Shown: positions 26,684 to 38,069 of the stretch, one piece after another
How the letters are laid out: the number at the start of each line of letters is the position of its first letter
Position numbering within the stretch: position 1 is the first letter of the stretch
Assembly (NCBI GenBank): GCA_964016885.1
Contig: OZ024750.1
Coordinates: 9,548,001 to 9,612,000 of the forward strand
DNA from: Eledone cirrhosa
Taxonomy: Eukaryota
Length of the DNA stretch: 64,000 nt
Direction: 5' to 3'
Notes under the pieces: model-generated
The model's database searches: none
The model's input: the letters and a program-made list of their open reading frames with translations, nothing else
Told to the model about the DNA's origin: nothing
Made by a program: the position numbers and the translations under genes

Positions 26684-27849
26684 TTAATTATAATACAATT
26701 ATATCATGAAAAATATGGTAACAAATTAATTTGTTAGTATAAATAATTTTGAATTCTTTAATGGAAAAAGTCCCCTTCTTCACCAATTTCAAATTTTGCT
26801 TCAACATATTTCAAATTTTGGCATAATTCTGTTTAATTTGTGGTCAAATTTCTTCAAAATTTTTGATTCATTTGTTCCAAAAGAAGCAGAAATATTTTTT
26901 AGAAGCCATTTTGTAATTGATAGTGAAGAAAAGTTTCAACTTATGTGAATTTTCATAAATACTACAATATGCAGTTGTCAGAAATGAAAAGGTATTTTAA
27001 CAAGTAAAATATCAAATATCTTGATGATGCCAAACTTGGCTCAGATATTGTATTAACAGATTCTATATTTATTAGAACAGACTTTTTGTTTTTTTCTATT
27101 CCATGAACATTCAACATTTTCATAAAATAAATACTTCTTTTAGTTTCATCTCATTCTATGCCACTTAATGTCAAATTTCTCTAGAATTATTTCTATATCT
27201 TTGAACAGAAAAATAAATGCAACTCCTTGATGCAAAATTCCATAATTTTGACAATATAAAGATCTATTAAAAATATAAAATTTTGGTCATTTTCATCTCA
27301 TTTCTTCCCCTTGTGGCATCCAAACCTGCTCATATATTTTTAAAGACTTTTTATATTTTTTTAGAATAGACAATTTGAAGGTTCAAAATGTTAAAAGTCA
27401 AATTTCTAAGAAATCATGTATCTGTTAGAAATGTCAAAACTTGCCTCATTCCATGCCACTTAATATCCAATTTCTTTGGAATTATTGATTCTGTTGCTCC
27501 AAATATTCTGTATTTGTCAGAATAAAAAAAAACAATTAACTCCTTAAGTGTGAAATTTCATAAGCTTTTTGTGGACTTGTCAGAAATGAAAAATTTTAGC
27601 CAGTTTAGCATTATTCTTTGCCAAAAGTACATCAAATTCATCTTCAGAGGACAGTATCATAGGATTGTTTTTATATTTAGTCAAGAAAGAATGGGCAGAA
27701 CTCATGATCCTTTTCAGAGCTTCCAGGATTGGTATAAGAAAAGAAGGACTCCTTTAAAGACACACAAGAAGGTTAAGGTGTATCGTGTGAATACATCCAT
27801 CTTTCAAATGGTATGTATTTGTCTGATATATATATATATATATATATAT

Positions 27850-27972
27850 AGGAAAATGTTCAAGACCCCGACGGCAGACTTGAACATTTTCCTATTACCC
27901 ACTCTACTATCCTAAGTATCGAGTACTCTGATGTGTTATGGTCGACCTCGTTTATTACCTCACTTTCTTTGT
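27850..27972 (+). mobile_element. H3 terminal fragment with short fold-back
   Basis: aggaaaatgttcaag..cttgaacattttcct hairpin; TCGAGTACT at 27919-27927; (TA)n flanks. Confidence 0.75.
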
Positions 27973-28887
27973 TATATATATATATATATATATATATGTG
28001 GTAGATTTCTGCACAATTTCCCTCAATCAAATTTATACTCCCAAAACATTAATGAGGCCAACCAAGGCTGTATTAAAAATATTAGAAGACTCCTGACGAA
28101 GGTTTGTGTAGTGAAATTGAAACAGAAACCAACTGAAAAGCTCATGGTTGTCAATGAACTTCTTCACCAGAAAGCCAGAGAAAGCCACGCGTTAGTGAAT
28201 GGTAACAATGTTACGAAAGAACATCTTTATCTAATTAACTGTAGCAACAAACAACAACAAGAATAATTTCCCTTTTTAACACAAAAAGTAGCAGAAGGAA
28301 AAAGAGGAGGAGAAGAAGAAGAACGAGGGATGGGAGGGGGGGGGGGGGAGATGTTAAAGAAGAAAGAGAGAAGGAGAAACAAAAATATTATTGAATTGGG
28401 GAATGAGATGAAAAAAGATGTATGAGAAAAATGTCTGTAACAAGATTACTAACATTTTGTTATTTCAGATATTTGAGATGCAGATAAATGCCAGCCATCA
28501 TCATCATCATCATTATTATCTTCTTCATCATCATCATCCACATCATCATCATCATTTACATCATCATCACCATATACATCATCACCATCTAGATCATCAC
28601 CATCTACATTAACATCATCTATAAGAGTATCATCTTCATTTTTATTATTATCATCATCATCACAATCACCATCATCATCAACTTGATCATTATCATCACC
28701 TTCATCATTAGCATTCTCAGCTTCATTATCACCCTAAATAAGATTGTCATCATCACCATCTCTATCATCATCACCATTATCTTATTTTTTATCTTTATTT
28801 GTATATATTCTTCGGTTTACCAAACCTTGAATGTTCCCTAAACCTGGTTTAGCTTTCTTCCAACCACATTACCTACCTCTACATTAA

Positions 28888-29285
28888 TAATTGTTTCTAC
28901 TTTTGGTACAAGGCCAGCAATTATCCCAGTGTATTACTGGTACTTTATTTTATCGACCCCCGTAAGAATGAAAGGCAAAGTTAAACTCAGACTATAAAGG
29001 GCCGTAACTCTTTGCTGCAAAGCATGGCGTCCGGCCCTCTACCGATACTGCCAATCGACCACCCTTAATAATACTTCAGCATTAATAAAGGTTTCTGATT
29101 AAGGCGCAGGGCCAACAATTTAGGAGGAAGGAGAGAGAATCAATTAAATCAACCCAAGTGCATTACTGGTACCTTTTTTTTTCATTGACCTCGTAAGGAT
29201 GAAAAGCAAAGCTACCCTCGACAGGATTTGAACTCAGAATGTAAAGAGAAAGAACCTTAACTACATGCTGCATTGCCAATTCTAC
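28888..29285 (-). mobile_element. Two SINE A copies
   Basis: Reverse-complement matches to the short and long variants. Confidence 0.85.
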
Positions 29286-29314
29286 TGATCCACCACCCTC
29301 ACCTCAACATTAAT

Positions 29315-30845
29315 AATCATCTTCATCATCACCACCACCACCATCACCACCACCACCATCACCACCACCACAACCACTCCCACCACCACCATCACCACCA
29401 TCATCACTATCACCACCACCACCATCACCACCTTCCCCACCACCACCACCATTACCACCACCACCACCACCACTACTATCATCATCCTCACCACCACCAC
29501 CACCACCATCACCACTACCACTATCTCCACCACCATCAGCACCACCACCACCACCTCCACCACCACCACCCCACCACCATCAGCACCACCACCACCACTA
29601 CCACTATCACCACCACCATCACCACCACCACCACCACCATTACCACCTTCCCCACCACCACTACCACTATCACCACCACCACCACCATCAGCACCACTAT
29701 CACCACCACCACCACCACCACCACCACTACCACTACCACCACCACCACCACCACCACCACCATCAGCACCACTACCACTATCACCACCACCACCACCACC
29801 ACCACTACCACTACCACTATCACCACCACCACCACCATCAGCACCACTATCACCACCACCACCACCACCACCACCACTACCACTACCACCACCACCACCA
29901 CCATCAGCACCACTACCACTATCACCACCACCACCACCACCACCACTACCACTACCACTATCACCACCACCACCACCATCAGCACCACTATCACCACCAC
30001 CACCACCACCACCACCACCACCACTACCACTACCACCACCACCACCACCATCAGCACCACTACCACTATCACCACCACCACCACCACCACCACTACCACT
30101 ACCACTACCACCACCACCACCACCATCAGCACCCCTACCACTATCACCATCAGCACCACTACCACCACCACCATCAGCACCCCTACCACTATCACCACCA
30201 CCACCACTACCACCACCACCACCACCACTACCACTACCACCACCACTACCACCACCACCACCACCACCACCATCAGCACCACTACCACCACCACCACCAC
30301 CACCACCACCACCACCACCACTACCACTACCACCACCACCACCACCATCAGCACCACTACCACTATCACCACCACCACCACCACCACCACTACCACTACC
30401 ACTATCACCACCACCACCACCATCAGCACCACTATCACCACCACCACCACCACCACCACTACCACCACCACCACCACCACCACCATCAGCACCCCTACCA
30501 CTATCACCATCAGCACCACTACCACCACCACCATCAGCACCCCTACCACTATCACCACCACCACCACTACCACCACCACCACCACCACTACCACTACCAC
30601 CACCACTACCACCACCACCACCACCACCACCATCAGCACCACCACCACCACCACCACCACCACTACCACTACCACCACCACTACCACCACCACCACCACC
30701 ACCACCATCAGCACCACTACCACCACCACCACCACTACCACCACCACCACCACCACTACCACTACCACCACCACCACCACCACCACCACCACCACCACCA
30801 CCACTACCACCACCACCACCACCACCACCACCACCACCACCATCC
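29315..30845. repeat. 1.5-kb compound (CAC)n microsatellite with higher-order duplications
   Basis: CAC/TAC/CAT/CAG triplets; 30121-30280 repeats at 30481-30640. Confidence 0.95.
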
Positions 30846-31518
30846 TCATCACAGTCATTGTTATTGTTGTTAGTGCTATCACAGCAGTCTTCACTCTTCA
30901 AATATCCAGCTAACAACTTCACTCAATGTCCTTTTGCTTGAAATGAAAATATTGAACTGTCTTTGAACTGATACCTTTTATCAAGTGAAGGACTGCTGTG
31001 TAGACAGAAGGACACAAGTCTTTGACAACATATAGATCTATACTTCAGTCAAAGATCACTTATGTTACTGATCTGCTATAAATAACCAATAAAAGAGACA
31101 GACATGCTGCTATAGACTGTAGTTGAACAGAATGGACAGAATATATTCTAACTTAACAAATATCGCCAATGTTTCCCAAATACTTCCCTGCTTTTTGTCA
31201 AACAAGTAAATATAGGAGTACATATAAGTACACATAACTCACTATCTCTCTCTATCTCTCTCTCTATCTTTCTATCTCTCTCACTCTCTCTTTCAACCCC
31301 GCTCTCTTTCTCTCTCCCAACCCCGTTCTCTTCCTCTCTCTCTCAACTTTGCTCTCTTCCTCTCTCTCAACTCTTCTCTCTAGGTATATATATACACATA
31401 CACACACACACACTCGTACATATATATATATATTCATATAGAAATCACTTCTACAGTACTATACTTTCTTTTTGATCCCCTTCAGAAAACCATCTTTCAT
31501 TATATATATCATTATAGA

Positions 31519-31705
31519 TGGTGGATTGGCAGTATCGGTAGAGGGTCGGACGCCATGCTTTGACGCATAGAGTTATGGCCCTTGCCATTCTGAGTTCAAA
31601 TCCTGCCGAGATTAACTTTGCCTTTCATCCTTACGGGGTTGATAAAATAAAGTACCAGTAATACACTGGATAATTGCTGGCCTTGTGCCAAAAGTGGAAA
31701 CAATT
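31519..31705 (+). mobile_element. SINE A
   Basis: Match to 5601-5793. Confidence 0.9.
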
Positions 31706-32912
31706 GTATATAGGATGTGTATGTGTGACGCCAAAAAGCACCCAGTCCACATAGTAAAATAGTTGTGTAGGCGTCACGACAAAAAGCACCCAGTATTCAC
31801 TTTAAATGGGGTTGGTGTTAGGAAAGGCATCCAGCTGTAGAAACCAAGCCAAAGTCAATTCTGTATGAGCAAGACATGGTCACCTGACCTGGCATTGCTC
31901 ACAACAGGACAACTCGTTTAACCCATGCTAGCATGAAAAAATAGTCGTAAAATGGTGATGATGATGATATACCATATATATCAGGAAGGATTCAGTTTGA
32001 AAAAACTAGTTAGAGTACTTGATACTTGGAGTAGTAGGGTATGGTTATATTATAAAGAGTAAGGACCCTGACTCTTTATAATATAACCCAAACTCTAATA
32101 TGTGCATACTGCAGTAGAGTTTGATAGGGAGTGGGGTGGGTTTGTATCCATACCTAGATGGAATAAATTACAGTAATATCATATTGAACATATATTGTCA
32201 TGACAAAAAAACACAGTCCACACTGTAATGTGGCCATGTAGGAAATACGGTAAAAAGGATCCAGTCCACACTGTAAATGTGGTTGGTGTTAGGAAGGGCA
32301 TCCAGCCATAGAATACCTGCAAAATACAGTTTTATACAAACGAGAGACGGTCACCCAATCAATCTTGCCTCAAATGGGACTATTCCCGTCTAACCCATGC
32401 CAGTGTGGAAGACAGACATTAAACAATGATGATGATGATGATTGTTTACTAGAAGCAAAGACTTGGCAGTGTGATTAAGGAGTGAGTTTTACAACAACAT
32501 GAGTCTAGCATCATTCTGGTGTCTTCTATTATAACCTAAGGGGAATATCTGAAACTATTAAAACATCTAAATTAGCTTTTATTGGTCCTTTCCTTTGTTT
32601 AAGAATGAAACTAAAAGCGACATTAATTTTATGGTTATGGACTTTATTGCATAATATATTAAGAATACAAGAATAATAGTAATGTAAGAAAAATACTTTA
32701 AATACTATATGTCATTTAAAGCATGTATGTGTACACACAAGGGTGAGGATGTTAGGTCTCATGTAATTCATTAGAGGTGTGTGTGTGTGTGTGCATGACT
32801 GTGTGTTTAATATGTATGTGTATGTCTTGTGTTTGCATATGTTTTTGTATGCAAACATGTCTGCATTTCTTACTGTTAATTTATTATAACAACAAATGGC
32901 ATTTCTCTGTAT

Positions 32913-32959
<47 letters not shown>

Positions 32960-33372
32960 CAAAAGTAACAAAGATCGCTGGTATAAATTCAGCATCCTTC
33001 GGTCAGCGTCTAGCTCACTCAATGAATCTGGCAAATTACAGTTATGCAGCTGCAATTAACTGTTCAGAGTGCACACATTTAGTTTACTGTAGACAGTTGG
33101 CTGTGGTATTAGTTAGAGATAGATGTAAACACCTCCTTCCAGGATGATCGTTTCTGTGTAATATAACTTCACAAATGCTGATTTATATATATATATATAT
33201 ATATATGCAAAAGTTTTATTTAAAATTGTTGGGTAAATATTTTATAACTGATATAAAGCACTCGACTATAACTAAATAATTATAAACAAATCACTACCCA
33301 GACAGCTTCCTAATTTAATGGTCGCTTATAATATGGTACGTCAAAATTATTTATAAAACTGTTTATATATTG

Positions 33373-33438
33373 TATTTTATCTGACGAAGGCATGCCATAT
33401 TTTTAATATGGTATCCCTGAAATATGTATAATGAAATA
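33373..33438 (+). ncRNA. Type-I hammerhead ribozyme (H6) in element 33207-33480
   Basis: tattttat CTGACGA aggcatgccatatt-ttt-aatatggtatccct GAAA tatgta TA atgaaata, overlapping AATAAA. Confidence 0.85.
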
Positions 33439-33497
33439 AATATGGTTTTATAAATATAGTTTCCATTTGTTTAATATTGTATATATATATATATATA

Positions 33498-33620
33498 TCA
33501 GGTAAGGTGTGGTAAAAACCAGCTAGACCATAACCCACCAGAGTACTCGATACTCGGAGTAGTAGAGTGGGTAATATGCCGAAATAGCTGGAGCTCAGCC
33601 ATCGGGGTCCTGAATCTTTT

Positions 33621-33622
<2 letters not shown>
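33498..33622. mobile_element. H3 fragment (antisense terminus joined to sense hammerhead 3' half)
   Basis: gagtactcga at 33541-33550; GAAA tagctggagctcagcca TC ggggtcc. Confidence 0.7.
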
Positions 33623-33674
<52 letters not shown>

Positions 33675-33795
33675 GGAGGTGAGTTTTATTGTAGAACAAT
33701 AAAGCAATGCAAATATCAGATAAGTAGCACTCAACAGTTTATTGGACTGGAGTATATATAAGAAGAAATTAAAAGATGATTAAAAGAGTTCCAAG

Positions 33796-33866
33796 TATTT
33801 TATTATGCGCATTTCAAAAACAAATATCATCCTGGGACGATATTTGCGTTCTCATCAGATAAAATA
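33796..33866 (-). ncRNA. Type-I hammerhead ribozyme (H4, antisense arm)
   Basis: Minus: tattttat CTGATGA gaacgcaaatatcgtc-ccag-gatgatatttgttttt GAAA tgcgca TA ataaaata. Confidence 0.88.
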
Positions 33867-33938
33867 ACGAGACTTGATATGATGCCTAAAAAAAACCTTG
33901 TTCACAAGTGTTTTTTTAGGCCTCATATCATGTCTCCC

Positions 33939-34009
33939 TATTTTATCTGATGAGAACACAAATATCGTCCCAGGATGATATTTGTTTTTGAAATGCGCAT
34001 AATAAAATA
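33939..34009 (+). ncRNA. Type-I hammerhead ribozyme (H4)
   Basis: tattttat CTGATGA gaacacaaatatcgtc-ccag-gatgatatttgttttt GAAA tgcgca TA ataaaata; palindromic TGCGCA in domain III. Confidence 0.9.
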
Positions 34010-34111
34010 CTTGGAACTCTTTTAACCATCTTTTAATTTCTTCTTATATATATATATATGTATGTATATATATATATATGTATGTATATGTATGTGTTCT
34101 GTGCCTATGAA

Positions 34112-34198
34112 CATATACCTGATGAGATCTTGGTGCAGAATCGGCCCCCAAAGATTATTAAACCCTGAGCTTATCGATATTGAAACAATTGTCATATG
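34112..34198 (+). ncRNA. Hammerhead-like motif with 56-nt domain II (H5-related), imperfect stem I
   Basis: catat-ac CTGATGA ...56 nt... GAAA caattg TC atatg c AATAAA. Confidence 0.55.
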
Positions 34199-34257
34199 CA
34201 ATAAAATTCCTACTTACTTGTGCGTGTGTATATATATATATATACATATGTGTATGC

Positions 34258-34318
<61 letters not shown>

Positions 34319-34681
34319 CAAAAGTCTTTTGCATTAAAAGGAATATATAAGATAAAAGGCAAGAAACATCAAATATTCCACTCACCTGCAGCTTAAGTGG
34401 AATAGAGTAATGTGATTTTATAATATTACAGGGAGGGTCACTTGACTAAGATGGGGGTCAGTTACTAGAAAATAAACTCTATCTAATGAGGGGAGGGGAG
34501 ATGTAGTATGATAGAACAACACAGTAAATGTATTGGAAATAAACAAAGAAAGGTCTTCGACAACACAATTAAGTGTAGCATAGCAAGTTAGTGAACAGAT
34601 GAGATATATCTACTAGAATAAAACACAGTGGACATCATATGCAAATTAGAAATACTCCATATATATATATATATATATATA

Positions 34682-37557
34682 TCATCATCATCATCATCAT
34701 CACCGTTTTACGTCCGTTCTTCCACGCTAGCATGGGTTAGACGGGTTGTCCTGTTGTGGGCAGTGTCTGGTCGGCTGACCATGCCTTGCTCATACAGGAA
34801 CTGATCTGGCTTGATTTCTACAGCTGGATGCCCTTCCTAACACCAACCTCATTTACAGTGAGTGCTGGGTGCTTTTTCGTGGCGCCTACACGTCCACTTT
34901 ACAGTGTGGGCTGGGTGCTTTTTTGCCGTGGCACCTCCACGACCGCCTTGCGGTGGGGGGGGGGGGCATATTGTTTATATGCTTCAGCATGTACCCATGG
35001 GAGGTCGGGTACCCTGTATTACTGCGTGACGCCAGAAGTCACGGTCGTGTGTCATTGACTTTGAGAGGTGTAGTTGGGTAAGGTCGGCTTTTATCACCTC
35101 ATCCCAAGTCATCTTGGGTCTCCCCACTCCGCGGTTTCCATCAACTTCTAGTGCTCTGCACCTTTTTATGCAGCTGTCATCCTTCATACGCATCACATGT
35201 CCATACCAGCGTAACCGCCTCTCCTGCACGCAGCATTTGATTCCTCTTATGCTCAGTCTCTCTCTCAATTCATTTATGCTTTGTCGTTCACGTATATTAC
35301 TGTTACACATCCATCGGAGCATGCAGGCTTCGTTTCTCTCTAATCTACGTAGGTCTTCCACCTTCAGCGCCCAGGTCTCACTACCATGCAACATCGCTGT
35401 TCGGATACACGCATCATACAGTCTGCCTTTCATTCTGAGGGAGAAGCCTTTTGCAGCTAGCAGTGGTAGTAGTTCCCTAAACTTCTTCCATCCCGTTCTT
35501 ACCCTAGTTATTGTACTTTCTGAGCACCCACCTCCGTTGCTAATTCGGTCACCTAGGTAGCAGAAGCTGTCTACTGTTTCTACAGGGCCCTCCCAGAGAT
35601 TGGTGGTACTTGTTTCCTGTGGCTGTTTGCTTGCTGTTTCAGCACAGCTGCTGCATGTGAATCCTACATTCTTAATTAAGCTTCCTGAGATCCCGCTACA
35701 TCTCTTGTGTACCCATTGTTTGCATTTGGGGCAAAGAATGGAGTTCCTACCTACACCTTTCCTACATACTGAGCAAGGCCATTTCCCTGAGGGGATCTGG
35801 GTTCTGTTTTCTCGTCTACTTATAAGGACCTTAGTCTTTGTCATGTTGACTTTGAGGCCCTTTCTCTCTAGTCCCTGCTTCCAGGTTTGGAATTTATTCT
35901 CTAGTTCTACCATAGATTCAGCTATGAGTGCGAGGTCATCAGCATACAGGAGTTCCCATGGGCATCCGGTCTTAAACTCCTCCGTTATTGCCTGCAGGAC
36001 TATGATGAACAGGAGAGGGCTAAGAACAGAGCCCTGGTGGACCCCAACCTGTACGCTAAATTCCTCGCTATACTCATTGCCAATCCTAACTTTGCTGACT
36101 GCTCCCCTATACATGGCTTGTACCGCTTTCACAAGCCATTCATCTACTCCTAGTTTTCTAAGAGCCCACCAGATTACTGCACGTGGAACTCTGTCAAAGG
36201 CTTTCTCAAGGTCGACAAATGCCAAGTAGAGTGGCTTACTTTTAGCTAGGTACTTTTCCTGTAATTGCCTCACAAGGAAGAGCGCATCAGTGGTGCCTTT
36301 CCCTGGAACAAACCCAAATTGCATCTCGTCTATATTCACCCGGTCCCTAATCAGCTGTGCTATAACTCTTTCTGTTACTTTCATGACCTGGTCCATCAAC
36401 TTTATACCTCTATAGTTTCCTCTATCTAGTGCATCGCCTTTACCTTTGTAGCAGTTGACAATGATGCTACTGCACCAATCTTTTGGTATGGCCCCCTCTA
36501 GTATTACCTGGTTAACGATACGTGTGGTTATAGTGTGACCTACAGACCCAGATGCCTTCAGCATCTCGGCAGCTATACCCGATGGACCGGTTGCCTTCCC
36601 TATCTTCATATCTCTGATTGCCTTACTTACTACGCTGCCGCTGACTTGTACTGCTGGTCCCTCTATAGGGTCTACGTGGGGTAGGGTCTCTTCTTCCCAT
36701 GCATTCTCCTCATTTAGTAATCTATCATAATGACTCTTCCATGCATCTTTCTTCTCAGCACTTGTGAGGGCAAGCTCACCTTTATCATTCCGGATACACT
36801 TCTCTCCAATGACATCACAACTATCTCTGACACACTGCCTCGCAATCTTGAATACCTCCTGTTTCTGGTCCTCACGTTGTAAAACATGCTTGAATTTTCT
36901 ATCCTCTGCTTCCCTCCTAGCTAAGTATACTTGTCGCCTAGCTTCCCTCTTGGTCTCTATGTAATGTACCCTGCTCCCCCCGTTCTTCCATTCTTTCCAT
37001 GCCTGTCTCTTGGCCTTGACTGCTTCATCTACCTTATTGTTCCACCACCAAGTCACTCTCCTCCTGCTTGAGGTCTTACTCCAGCCACAAACCTCATCCG
37101 TCGCCTCTAGTAAGTTATTTTTTAGGAACTCCCAGTTCTCTTCTACGTTAAATGTCTCTATCTGTTCTTCTTTACTGTCGTAGGCGTTGAGTAAAATATC
37201 TTTAAATCTGTTACTGGTTGAGGGGACTTTCAGCTTCCAGATCTTTCTTCTCCAGGTTGGCCTCTGTTTCAGGGCTCGTCTAGTTCTGACCGTGAGGTCG
37301 CTGACAACTAAGCTATGTTGGGATGTACATTCCTCACTAGGGAAGGCTTTTGTGTTTACGACCGTCCATCTGTCACGTCCTCTGATGAGGATAAAATCTA
37401 ACTGACTAGAGTGCTCCCCTGATCTATAGGTGATCAGGTGGTTGTCGGGTTTTTTAAAGTTTGTGTTACATATCGACATGTCATTGGCGTCGCAGAATTC
37501 TAGAAGTCTGAATCCTTCCTCATTCCTTGTGCCAACTCCATGGCCTCCATGTACTCT
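34682..37557 (-). mobile_element. RTE-clade LINE, 5'-truncated, young, inserted in (TA)n
   Basis: Uninterrupted ORF, ~300-bp 3' UTR ending in (GAT)n, (TA)n on both sides. Confidence 0.95.
34984..37557 (-). CDS. RTE ORF: partial AP endonuclease + reverse transcriptase + PHD-type zinc finger + RTE C-terminus
   Basis: EN motifs RNEEG..NT.F, SQLDFIL, SQH; RT motifs NYRGI, QFGF, FVDLEKAFD, GVHQGSVLSP, LYADD, YLG; C-term RLRWYGHV..GRPKMTW. The first 12 aa of the ORF-track protein come from the flanking (TA)n region. Confidence 0.95.
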   Translation of the reverse strand, partial: RVHGGHGVGTRNEEGFRLLEFCDANDMSICNTNFKKPDNHLITYRSGEHSSQLDFILIRGRDRWTVVNTKAFPSEECTSQHSLVVSDLTVRTRRALKQRPTWRRKIWKLKVPSTSNRFKDILLNAYDSKEEQIETFNVEENWEFLKNNLLEATDEVCGWSKTSSRRRVTWWWNNKVDEAVKAKRQAWKEWKNGGSRVHYIETKREARRQVYLARREAEDRKFKHVLQREDQKQEVFKIARQCVRDSCDVIGEKCIRNDKGELALTSAEKKDAWKSHYDRLLNEENAWEEETLPHVDPIEGPAVQVSGSVVSKAIRDMKIGKATGPSGIAAEMLKASGSVGHTITTRIVNQVILEGAIPKDWCSSIIVNCYKGKGDALDRGNYRGIKLMDQVMKVTERVIAQLIRDRVNIDEMQFGFVPGKGTTDALFLVRQLQEKYLAKSKPLYLAFVDLEKAFDRVPRAVIWWALRKLGVDEWLVKAVQAMYRGAVSKVRIGNEYSEEFSVQVGVHQGSVLSPLLFIIVLQAITEEFKTGCPWELLYADDLALIAESMVELENKFQTWKQGLERKGLKVNMTKTKVLISRRENRTQIPSGKWPCSVCRKGVGRNSILCPKCKQWVHKRCSGISGSLIKNVGFTCSSCAETASKQPQETSTTNLWEGPVETVDSFCYLGDRISNGGGCSESTITRVRTGWKKFRELLPLLAAKGFSLRMKGRLYDACIRTAMLHGSETWALKVEDLRRLERNEACMLRWMCNSNIRERQSINELRERLSIRGIKCCVQERRLRWYGHVMRMKDDSCIKRCRALEVDGNRGVGRPKMTWDEVIKADLTQLHLSKSMTHDRDFWRHAVIQGTRPPMGTC

Positions 37558-37700
37558 ATATATATATATATATATATATATCGCTTTCCACATATGTTAT
37601 ATACAGTCCTTCAAGTAAACAAGCAAACTACAAGATTTTGTGTGTGTGTATATATATATCAATATATATATGTATATACACACACACAAACACAAACACA

Positions 37701-37743
<43 letters not shown>

Positions 37744-37750
37744 TATATAT

Positions 37751-37779
37751 AAATATATTTTTCATGTTTGTTATGATGC

Positions 37780-37810
<31 letters not shown>

Positions 37811-37840
37811 AGCATCATAACAAACATGAAAAATATATTT
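37751..37840. repeat. Inverted repeat centred on a TA tract
   Basis: aaatatatttttcatgtttgttatgatgcta ... tagcatcataacaaacatgaaaaatatattt. Confidence 0.85.
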
Positions 37841-38069
37841 TTAAAATTAGCCTTTCTAGAAAGTTCCAGTTGTTTTTATTGATGCTATGTAGTTAGGTTT
37901 CAAACTTCTATGCATGGATGGAAATTCTCCACCTGCCGTTCACAGCATACACAAATAGATATAGTTTTGACCTTTCCCCAATAAATGTCTTATTTCTTTA
38001 TGTTCTAAAATCTTATAACCAATTCAGTAGAAGAATCAATAGACATCTCATTTTTTACTTTGTCTGCCG

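Larger units (their letters stand above)
33672..34052. mobile_element. H4 fold-back element with two opposed hammerheads
   Basis: Inverted arms 33753-34052; starts taggaggtgagtttta like 16281; motif at 33726-33733 (minus). Confidence 0.88.

Noticed and set aside
29273-30922. 546-aa His/Thr-, Gly- or Val-rich ORFs
   Set aside because: Open on several frames and strands because CAC repeats lack stops; no splice signals or unique coding flanks
35114-37405. Plus-strand ORFs overlapping the LINE (also 61321-62067)
   Set aside because: Antisense shadows of the RT ORF
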